From: the human T2T-CHM13v2.0 reference genome, Homo sapiens | Length of the DNA stretch: 64,000 nucleotides | Reading direction: 5' to 3' (one strand) | Assembly (NCBI RefSeq): GCF_009914755.1 | Contig: NC_060932.1 | Shown here: positions 49,028 to 64,000 of the stretch, piece after piece | Layout: each line of letters begins with the position of its first letter | Numbering within the stretch: position 1 is the stretch's first letter | The notes under the pieces: generated by a model | Seen by the model: only the letters and a program-made list of their open reading frames with translations | The model's database searches: none | What the model was told of the DNA's origin: nothing | Position numbers and translations under genes: made by a program

Positions 49028-49391
49028 TGTATTAGTCCATTTTCATACTGCTGTGAAGAAATACCCGAGACTGGTTGATATATAAAGAAAAAGAGGTTTA
49101 ATGGACTCACAGTTCCACATGGCTGAGGAGCCCTCACAATCATGGTGGAAGGCAAAGGAGGAGCAAAGGCATGTCTTACATGGTGGCAGGCAAGAAAGCG
49201 TGTGCAGGGGGACTGCCCTTTATAAAGCCGTCGGATCTCATGAGACTTATTCACTATCATGAGAACAGCATGGGAAAAACCCACCCCCACTATTCAGTTA
49301 CCTCCCACCGGGTCCCTCCCATGACATATGGGGATTATGGGAGCTACAATTCAAGATGAGATTTTGGTGGGGACACAGCCAAACCATATCG
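49028..49391 (-). mobile_element. THE1 (C/D-like) solo LTR
   Basis: Complete LTR tgtattagtcc...aaaccatatc with 5-bp TSD gggag (49023-49027 and 49392-49396). Confidence 0.92.
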
Positions 49392-50072
49392 GGGAGTAAA
49401 CTTGTTTTTCTAGGTTCTCTAGAAACCATTTATTTCCATTCTATGAGAAAAGGTGATCCAAATCAAGCTTGTGTCACTTAAGAGTTTATTTTAGAAACAT
49501 CTATAGAATGGTTTTACAGCTCCTGCATTTCAAATGACTGAAAAATGAAATTTTAAGATGAAGCAAATATGTTGAAAGGATAATAGTTTAAACCATATAG
49601 TGACAACTGGAATATATTCAAATATTCAAGAAAGAAACCCAAATCACAGACTACAAAAGTAATTTGATTTGACATCAACTATGTAACCAAATATGTTTTC
49701 CCATAAGACTATATTTGGCTTATATGATTTCGAATTCTCAACACTAAAAATTGTAAGGATTTATATTCAAGTGATAGATCATTCTAAGAACTTTTATTCA
49801 AAATAAGACTGGAAATGAACTAAAATATGCAAGACATTGTCTCAACACGTTTTTGTAACTGTCTGTTCAAATTGCATATGACTAGAAGACAAAAGGAAAT
49901 AGCAAGGAGGCAGGAGGCTAGCAGCCCAGGAACCTCAGACCAGGAATCTGTGGAAGATAGTTTAACACCAGCAAACTGCCTCTAATAGCTGTGGCTCCAT
50001 GTTCTCATTCCAAATTCCCAGGAGAGAGGATCTGGCCCAGTATAGATGTGGTCTCTGTCTCAAGATCCATCA

Positions 50073-50373
<301 letters not shown>

Positions 50374-51931
50374 GATCAATCAGCCCTAGCTGTTCTTTAG
50401 GTTGTAAGACAATCTTAAGGGGTTGTCCAGCACATATTTTGAGTGATTGCAACTTTAAACCAACTTATGGGATTCCAAAATCAACGATGACACCTGAAGT
50501 AGACAGCCCTGATTTAGATATTTGAGGCCTGGCATTTTTATATCTATCACCCACAAGCTTTGTAATCACGCCTCAGAGATAATTCTACACATCTTCTCTG
50601 TTTATCTCCTATTCCCACCACCAGACATTCTGCAAAGTATCTGTGGATAAGCCCCACAAAACTAGAGTCAGCAGACCCTCAGCCCCTAGGGGACACAAGC
50701 TGTGAAGTTCTTGTGTGACCCTCTGTCCTCTCTTGAGTCAGCGTGACCCAGTGTGGGTCATCGGATAAACACCCACACTAATAAATGAATATTTTTACCT
50801 GTAAGTTATCAACAAAATATATAGATTGTGTGAAGTTACATAAAAATAGTTGAGCAAAATATGACCAAATGAAATGAATAAAACATTACTTGAAAGAAAT
50901 GATCAAAGCAGTTGATACTACCAATGTCACACTGCATTTCCGAATTCTGTAATAAATCTGCTGTCTCTGCTTCTGTGAGTTGTATTTAAGGCTTTCATCT
51001 GTGACCATTTGCCCAGAGGATCATGTTCTGAAGGATATATTTTTGAAGTTTTCATTTGAAGAGAAAGTATTATTACCATCAACATCGTATCAGGAGGACA
51101 TGCAATTAATTTTACAGACAGTTTTGTTGAAGAACAAGTTTGCTGGATTAAAAAGTAAGCTTATGATCAGCAAATAAAATCCAGGTACTATTGCTTCCTT
51201 TTTTCTGTTTTTGCCTTGTCTTAAAAATACCTGCACCTGATTATTTTTACCAACTTATTAGCATCATTAAGATCTCTAAGCTTCCCCTTTCCCAGAGCTG
51301 CAGTTTTGGAGAAGCCACACATCTCCCATCATTTGTTGGCCCGTGGGGAGTCCAAGCTTTGGGGGGGCCAACCATTGCCCCACATGGATTCTTTGCTACC
51401 CTGAAGATAAGCAGAGTGAAGGTGAGGAGGGTGTGAGGAACAGGAGGCAAAGGAGGGTCCCTCAGGCCCCTGGTCGTTAGCCTGGACCAAACTAGAAGTT
51501 AAGAGAAGTTTGCCTCCCCTCTCTCTCACCCACCCCTCACCTTGGACTCTTCGCCAACATCCACAGACATACCCTAGGAACCTCATTCTCTCATTCTGGC
51601 CTAGTTTCTCCCTTTAAAAAAAGAAACAAAAGTTCAAATTCAAATGCACTTAGATGTAAATGAATTCATACATCACTCCTGCTCATGAAATCTACAGGGA
51701 ACACTCATATTAGATCCACAAGAATGAACCTGAGTAGTGTAATTTGGACCATATAAAATCTGAGCAGGTGGGAGACTTGGGGTTCAGGGCTACTTCCAGC
51801 CCCTCCTCAGAAACCACACTCCAGCGTGATGCAAATCCTGCTGGCTTCTACTTCTGATCACAGAGAAGGTGCAGCGTTCCTTGGTTCTGTCTTCACTTCA
51901 AAACCTCCTGCTTTATAAAAAATTAGCTGGA

Positions 51932-53937
<2,006 letters not shown>

Positions 53938-54980
53938 CTATGGGCTGGGTTTGTAGCCAGTTTCTCCCATAATAGTTGTTAATCTAGTTATCTCCATCTG
54001 CAGATGGACCTCGTACATAGTGGGCACAGAGTAAGAGCCCAGTTAATATTGATTGGCCAGTTGATTAGTAGATATAGAAATGCATTATTTCCCTAATTTT
54101 TTTCCACCATGTGGATGAAACAAGATTTCATCTGATTAAGGTCAGAGATCATATGGTATTTCTTGATGTCTTCAAACTGAAATTGTTAAAATCTTTCTTC
54201 AGACAAATGTTTCATATGCCCTGAAAGAAATTAATGACAGTTAAGAATTCTGAATGGCCCCTAAAATGTTTCATATCAAGGCAGTGCCAACCTCCAACTT
54301 CCCCAAGAAAACATCCCCTTTAAAATGCCAAGCAAAGCAGTCTAATTCAGTCGCGTCCAACTCAAAGAAATCAATGCCCGCTAACAAGTTCTCCCAGCAG
54401 CCAGGCCAGAGGAGGGAGAAAGCCTTAGAACGACAGGGCCCCGCATGGCCTGAACGAGGCTCACACAAAGCCTGGTTTATTAGGAACCACTGGAAAAGCT
54501 ATAAAGCCCAGGCAGCCTTCCTGGGCCTGTCACAAATTGTCCACTTTGGAGAGAACAATGTCTTCCCTGTTCTTGCCGTCTTGTTTGTTGATTTTCAGGC
54601 TCCATCAGTGTGAAATTGAGAGATCCGGCCCAGGTCCGTGGGGACAAATGGAGTGGCCCTCTTGTGTCAGGCCTTCTCTGAACATCCATTTTAACAAACC
54701 TCATACCTTCAGGGTCTACTCATGCAATTGCTGCAGCCTCTATCCCACAGTTTCTCGCCTCTGTAATTGAGAAAGAGATGAGATGCATTGTTTAGAAATG
54801 TAAAACCACATCTATCAAAAAACATTTTTATTACAAAAGTGTTAGACATAATAGCATAATAAAACCGTATGTGCCCATTACCCAGCTTCAACAATTATCA
54901 ACTCCAGATCATGACATTTCAAAGTTCATTCATTTAACAGATATTCATTAAGTACATGTTATATCCCAGTACTGCTTAGG

Positions 54981-56168
<1,188 letters not shown>

Positions 56169-57051
56169 TAAGGAGGCCACTATAATTTAATTAAGAGAGC
56201 TGGGAAGTAACTGTGGGGATGTTGAGAAGTGCATGCTTGGGGAGGCAGGTTGGCTCTCGCTGGGGATTATGCTCTGCTTCCTCTGTAAGGTGGAAGGTTT
56301 GGGGTTTGGACGTGTGTGTGTCCTAAGAGAGGGCATTGGAGACTGATTACGTATCAGAGAATGGGCCCCATGCTGAACCCAAACGTAGGCTCGGCTAGAA
56401 GCCCTAGAGACCATCTTCGGCACAGATGAGGAAACTGAGGCCCAGGCGAGTACAGAGATGGATCCAAAGTCACAAAGGAAACTTGTGGTCATGTCTCCCT
56501 CTCCTGACCCTTCCTCCATCGCTCTGTGCTTTAGCCAACTGTCTCCCTTCATTTCACCAGTGCCTCAGGAGAGCGGCAGAGCCTGGGAAAACGTGACAAC
56601 TCAAATGGTGGCAGTGTGAAATTTATCTCTTATGCCACTCAAAAAAGAGAAGTTGTTTTTTAAAAAAAATATTCTGAGCAACTCCATCCCCTACGTTTCT
56701 CATGCTACATTTTTCATGCCTGCATTTGCTTCCACCAGCTCTTGGGATTTGGATGAGAGGGTTTTTCATTTCTCATGGCTACTAACATCCATCTTCAAAA
56801 AACCTTAGGATGAAATATGACAGTATGAACCTTGTTGACTTGTTTTACAGACTAACAATATTCTGTACTCCATGGATTTAATTTATCAAAGGTGTCTGGC
56901 ATTACTTGACGCAGATCCTGCTAATATCTTCATTTTGGTGTGCACTCTTTACTGTGTAAAATGTCAGGGGCGTCTGTCATTTCTAATGCCCTGTTGGTAT
57001 CTAAAACACTGTTTCCAAATCTTAGGTAAATCCAACCATTACGGAAGTAGT

Positions 57052-57398
57052 CTTCCTTCCTTCCTTCCTTCCTTCCTTCCTTCCTTCCTTCCTTCCTTTC
57101 TTTGTTTCTTTCCTTCTTTCTTTCTTTCCTTCTTTCTTTTCCCCAAGACAGGGTCTCCGATCACCAGTGCAGTGGTGTGATCCCAGCTAACTGCAGCCTA
57201 AACCTCCTAGGCTCAGGTGATTCTCCTATCTCAGTCTCCCGGGTAGCTGGGACTACAGGCACACGCCACCACACCTGTCTAATTTTTTTGTATTTTTTGT
57301 AGAGCCGGGGTTTTGCCACATTGCCCAGGCTGGTCTCAAATGCCTCTGCTCAAAAGATCTGCCCACCTCAGCCTCCCAAAGTGCTGAGATTATAGGCC
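57052..57398 (-). mobile_element. AluJ with (CCTT)n/(CTTT)n microsatellite tail (57052-57140)
   Basis: Antisense Alu preceded by a pyrimidine tetranucleotide repeat. Confidence 0.9.
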
Positions 57399-58112
57399 TT
57401 GCCAAAGCTGGGTCATTCTTTTTATTATTTTTGTATTATTCAGAGAACTAATCAATTTACTAAGTAAAGTGGAGAATTAGCAGCCATGTGACTAACTGAG
57501 CTAGTACCTACAGAGTTCAAGTCAGTAATTCAACCTCCTGTGTAGGCTTGGAAATATGGGATTAGTAATTAGTCATTGAATTCCTATTTGCTGAGGGTGA
57601 GAGGATGACAAATTTAAATTTTGGTCTAAGATGATGAATGTGGTCAAAAGTACTTAATTACTCCTAGAAACTATCATAAATAGGCATTGGGAGAATATGA
57701 ACCAAGAATATCACTCTCATAGATTACAGTCATCAGCATCAGTTAACAATGACTATGTCTCCTGGATATGGTGTCAAGGAGCGTGACAGCCAGGAGGTGG
57801 GTCTGGGGAGCCAGTTCTACTACTTACTCACGCTAACAGAAATCATCCGGCCTCACTGGTCTGCAGTTTACTCATCGAATAGCTGGGGGCAGGAGGGAGT
57901 AGTTATTGATATAACGTTTATAGGAACATTTTATAAATGTGTATACCTCAGGGTAAAAAAAAGTCAATATTCTTATAATAAAGATAAGTATACAAAATGT
58001 GTTTTTATAGGGTTCTACTATTCTCTAGGAATAGCTTCACTGGTAAATATATATATATATATGTATGTCTATATTAGATATAGATATACTCACTGAATTT
58101 TTAAAATTGTAA

Positions 58113-59105
<993 letters not shown>

Positions 59106-59129
59106 AATTAAAATAGCACAGCTTTACAG

Positions 59130-59452
59130 TTGTCAGGACCGGTAGGCTACACACACCAAGAGAACATGGAAAGGTTTATTGATCACATATTGAGGCCCTC
59201 TGAGCAGAACAGGGCAGGACCACAAGCAGGCCCAAAATTGGCCAAGAGAGCAGAGAAAGGAGCGTGGCTTGGGGTTCATAGTGGGACTGAGTGGAGGGTT
59301 CTCCTTTGCAATGGCCAGGACTTGTGTGGTTTGAACTTCCTGCAGGTGCTGCCCAAGGAGGGAGCACCTGTGCTTTTGTGTCAGCTTACCCAGATGTTGG
59401 GCAGATGGGGGAGTAGGAGTGATGGTAACTAGAAGCTGCCAATGGCCAAACA
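59130..59452 (-). mobile_element. ERVL-class LTR fragment (MER76-like)
   Basis: aaggtttatt..agggcagg..ggtttgaacttcc..aaggagggagcacc..tcagcttacccagatgt. The family name is tentative. Confidence 0.5.
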
Positions 59453-60223
59453 TTTAAAAAAAATGGATTCTGTGTCACAGACTCTTTATTACAACAATAT
59501 AAAGAATAAAATATATACAGTATAGTCAGTCTCCATCCCACCTTTTCCAACCACCATTCTCTCACCCAAGGCACCAAACCACTCTTCACTTTTTTCAGCT
59601 CCTAAGCTCTATGCATCCTTACAGAGATAGTCTATGTATACACAGATATGTGTGTACACACACACACACACACACATCTCATTCCCTTTACAAGGAACAA
59701 AGAGTTAGACACCAGCTAGACTAGAGTTTGTTTATAATTCTTCAAACCTGCTCTGCTATTTTCTAGATACGATTCATTGGGCAAGTTTTTTCACCTTTAT
59801 GAGTTTCTGAAGTCTTTACAGTCTTCTGTAAAGTGCATATGAGACTAATGCCTGCATGCATCATTATCGTATGGAATAAATAATGCATCTTTGGAACAGT
59901 ATTAGGAACATTATAGATGGTGTCCCTTTTATCTTGTTTTTCTTCAACTTCTTGAGCTGCACTTCATCAGCCTCATTTGAAATTTCCCCTTCCTTTGTTG
60001 ACTTTGAAATACCAGGAATTTTCTAGGCTTTCCTCCTTGGTCTTTTTCTCATTTCACTTGACTCATTCTCCCTGGCTAAGCTTGGCTGTGTCGGTGGCTT
60101 TGAGACAGCCTGTGGACTGATGATTCCACTCAGCTTTGTCTCCTGAGGTCCACACAGAAGCTGCAAATATATGCTAAGTGTCGAGATATAAATGTCTAGC
60201 AGCACTTCAAAATTAGCAATATA

Positions 60224-61078
<855 letters not shown>

Positions 61079-62329
61079 CTAAATAACACTAGAGGACAGA
61101 GAGATCTTTCAAAAACACACACATGATTGTGTTGACTTCCTGACTAAATGTTGTCAAGGGATACCCTTTTCCACCTAGATATGGTTCAAACTCCTTAAAT
61201 TGATTCAGTCTTCTATCTCTCTGACTCTCCCTCTGTTTCCTGGTCTCTAGGGATCCTATCCAATTCCAGGAGCTTTAAATACCTTTGTATGCTAGTGCTT
61301 CCAAATTCACATCTCCTAGACTCCCACCCAGACCTCCCTACCCTAAGCTCAAGCCTCTTTTACATCAACCTGTCTGACATCTCCATTTGAATGACTCATA
61401 GGCATCTCAAAAATCTGTCTTTAGCAGGATTCTTGATTTTCCTCCCTAGTCCTCTCCTTTCAGTAAGCCATTCAACTGCTCAAGTAAAAAAACACTAGGA
61501 ATTATCTTTGATTCCTTTTTTCTCAGCCTGCACTTACAATCCATCTGAAGTCCTGTTAATTCAATCTTTAAAACTTCTGCCAAACCTGTCCATTTATTTA
61601 TGTTTTTATTTACATGACCTGTCCAAGTCATCATCTTCTTTCTTATTCCTACCCTTGCCCCCTCCCCAATTCACTCCAATACTCAGCAGCCAAAGCAGTC
61701 TTTAAAGATATAAACTAGATGTCTCTCTTGCTGAAAAACCTCTCAATGATTTCCCATTGCTTTTACAATAAAATCCAAAATCCTTACCATGATTTGGTTG
61801 CCCTTATTCAGGCTATATGGACCCTTAATACCCTCCCATTCACCACACCATGAGAGCAGGTCATGCTCTTTCTCATTCATGGAATCCCAAGCATCTAGGA
61901 CAGTACCTCATACACAGGAGACACACAATAAATGTTTGTTGAAAGAATGAGTAAGTGAGTGGCTTACAAGACCCTTCCTCGTCTGGTTTCTGTTTCCGCT
62001 GTTCTCTTTCTACTCCCCCATGTCACAATATATGTTCCATCAAATGCTAGGAGCAGAATGAGACTAGGCAATGTCTCTCTTACAAGCACTTTGAGTGGCA
62101 GCAGCAGAAATCAAGTGAGAGAACCCCAAGAGATAGCTGCAAACTCAATGAGAGAATAAAGAGTAATTAACTCTGCCGTCCTTCCTCCCTGAATGGACTT
62201 CTTGGGCGCCTCTCAGCTCACATCTTGAGGGTTTTTTTTTAATTTAGTAAAATATAAACAACATAAAATTCACCATTTTAGGCATACAATTCAATGGCAC
62301 TATCTATTTCCAGAACTCTTTTATCTTCC

Positions 62330-62740
62330 TGATGTAGTTCAGATGTTGTCTCCTCTAAATCTCATGTGGAATTGTAATCCCCAGTGTTGGAGGCATGACC
62401 TGGTAGGAGGCGATTGAGTCACGAGGGCAAATCCCTCGTGGCTGGGTGCTGTCCTCATGATAGTAAGTGAGTTATCAGGAGATCTGGTTGTTTAAAAACA
62501 TGTAGTACTTCCCTCCTCTACTCTATTTATTGCTCCCCCTCTTGCCATGTGACAGGCCTGCTCCCACTTCGTCATCTACCATGAATAAAACCTCCCTTAG
62601 ACCTCTCCAAAAGCTGGACAAATGCCAGTGCCATGCTTCCTGTACAGCCTGCAGAACCATGAACCAATTAAATTGCTTTTCTTGATAAATGACCCAGTCT
62701 CAGGTATTTCTTTATAGCAATGCAAGAATGGCCTGATACA
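62330..62740 (+). mobile_element. MSTB-like MaLR LTR inserted in an antisense L1MB 3' end (about 62240-62990)
   Basis: tgatgtagtt..aaatctcatgt..aattgtaatccccagtgttggagg..cagcctgcagaacc..cagtctcaggtatttctttatagca..ataca. Confidence 0.85.
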
Positions 62741-63311
62741 CGTCTCAAACAGAAATTATGTATCCACCAAACAATCACTCCCCATTCTCCCCTCTTCTCA
62801 GCCTCTAGTAACCTCTATTCTATTTTCTGTCTCTTTGAATTTGTCTATTCTTGGCACCTCATATAAATGGAATCATACAATATTTGTCCTTTTGTGTCTG
62901 TCATCTTTCACTTAACATCATGTTTTTAAGGTTCATCTATGTCATAGCATATATCAGAATTCCACTCCTTTTTATGGCTGAATGATATTTGAGTTTGTTT
63001 TTAATTCATCTATCCAACAAATATTAATTGAGTAGTTTATCCACCCAAGCACTTTTCTAGATTCTATGGAGGGAGCAATAAGTGAAAGAGACAAAATTAT
63101 TGCTTAGTTCTTACAAATAAACAAGTGAATATATACTATGTCAGATGGTGACAAGTGCTATAGAAAAAAAACTGTATTGCAGAGAGGAACTGTAGAGGAA
63201 GAAGAGATCTCAAAGGCAGAGTGGAATCATTCACGTAGTTCCTTGAGAACTAGAGTAAGGATTTTGGATTTTACTCTGAAATGAGAAGTCAATAGAAAGT
63301 CTGGAGCCGGG

Positions 63312-63594
63312 ATGGGTGCAGTGGCTCACACCTGTAATCCCAGCCCTTTAGGAGGCCGAGGAGAGTGGATCACTTGAGAACAGGAGTTCAAGACCAGCCT
63401 GGCCAACATGATGAAACCCTGTCTCTACTAAAAATACAAAAAATTAGTTGGGCGTCATGGCACACACCTGTAATCCCAGCTACTAGGGAGGCTGAGGCAT
63501 AAGAATTGCTTGAAGCCAGGCGGTAGAGGCTGCAGTGAGCCCGGTGATCCAACAAAGCAAGACTCCGTCTCAGAAAAAAGAAAAAAGAAAGAAA
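63312..63594 (+). mobile_element. AluS with a right-arm deletion
   Basis: Alu consensus. Confidence 0.9.
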
Positions 63595-63716
63595 GTCTGC
63601 ACCTGTAGAGTGACATTTTCAAGGATAACTGTTTTGAAGGATAACTTTGGCTTCGGTGTTGAGATGAGACTATGACAGGAAATATGGCAAACGGAAGGAG
63701 AAAGATCAGTGAAAGG

Positions 63717-63758
63717 TGTGCATTAGTCAAGGTTCCCCAGAGAATCAGAAGCAATAAG

Positions 63759-63807
<49 letters not shown>

Positions 63808-64000
63808 CTTGCGTGCATCTGTGTGTTACATGGGGAGAGATATACTTTAAGGAATTGGCTCATGTAATTGTGGAGGGTGTCAAGTCTGAAATCTGTAGGG
63901 CAAGCCAGCAGGCTGGAAATTCAAGTAAGAGCTGATGTTGCAGTCTTCATTCTGAAGTCCACAGGACAGGACAGAACAGTTGGAAACTCAGTCAGCGTTT
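63717..64000 (-). mobile_element. MLT2-like ERVL LTR with internal (TG)n(CG)n
   Basis: attagtcaaggttccccagagaa..aaggaattggctcatg..caagtctgaaatctgtaggg..gctgatgttgcagtctt. Confidence 0.85.

Noticed and set aside
54254-54613. 119-aa ATG-initiated ORF in unique sequence
   Set aside because: No recognisable homology, promoter or splice structure, and the length is within chance for 64 kb. The SOX-like motifs inside are too short to call.

Overview
Primate genomic DNA, almost certainly human, from the ATP6V1H/RGS20 locus (8q11.23, recalled from memory). Nothing prokaryotic, no CRISPR array and no intact RNA gene is visible. The minus strand carries the 5' half of ATP6V1H (V-ATPase V1 subunit H): a CpG-island promoter with twin CLEAR/E-box motifs, a non-coding exon 1, and coding exons 2-7 (aa 1-193). 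All their junctions are GT-AG and the phases join into one frame. About 8.5 kb away on the plus strand, head-to-head, lies the first coding exon (55 aa) of the long Ret-RGS-type RGS20 isoform, followed by its first intron to the window end. The rest is mostly interspersed repeats: about 38 Alus, old and nested L1s, MaLR/ERVL LTRs, Tigger/MER DNA transposons, L2/MIR and microsatellites. I found no evidence for a wholly new biological system. The best leads are (1) a disabled 'fossil' exon just downstream of RGS20 exon 1, with further candidate dead exons that may be the remains of a lost long N-terminus, (2) a CRX/NRL-type motif cluster at that RGS20 promoter, and (3) a 43-bp inverted repeat in ATP6V1H intron 2 that pairs fully only on the gene's RNA strand. 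Repeat subfamily names come from visual comparison with remembered consensus sequences, and their boundaries are approximate.
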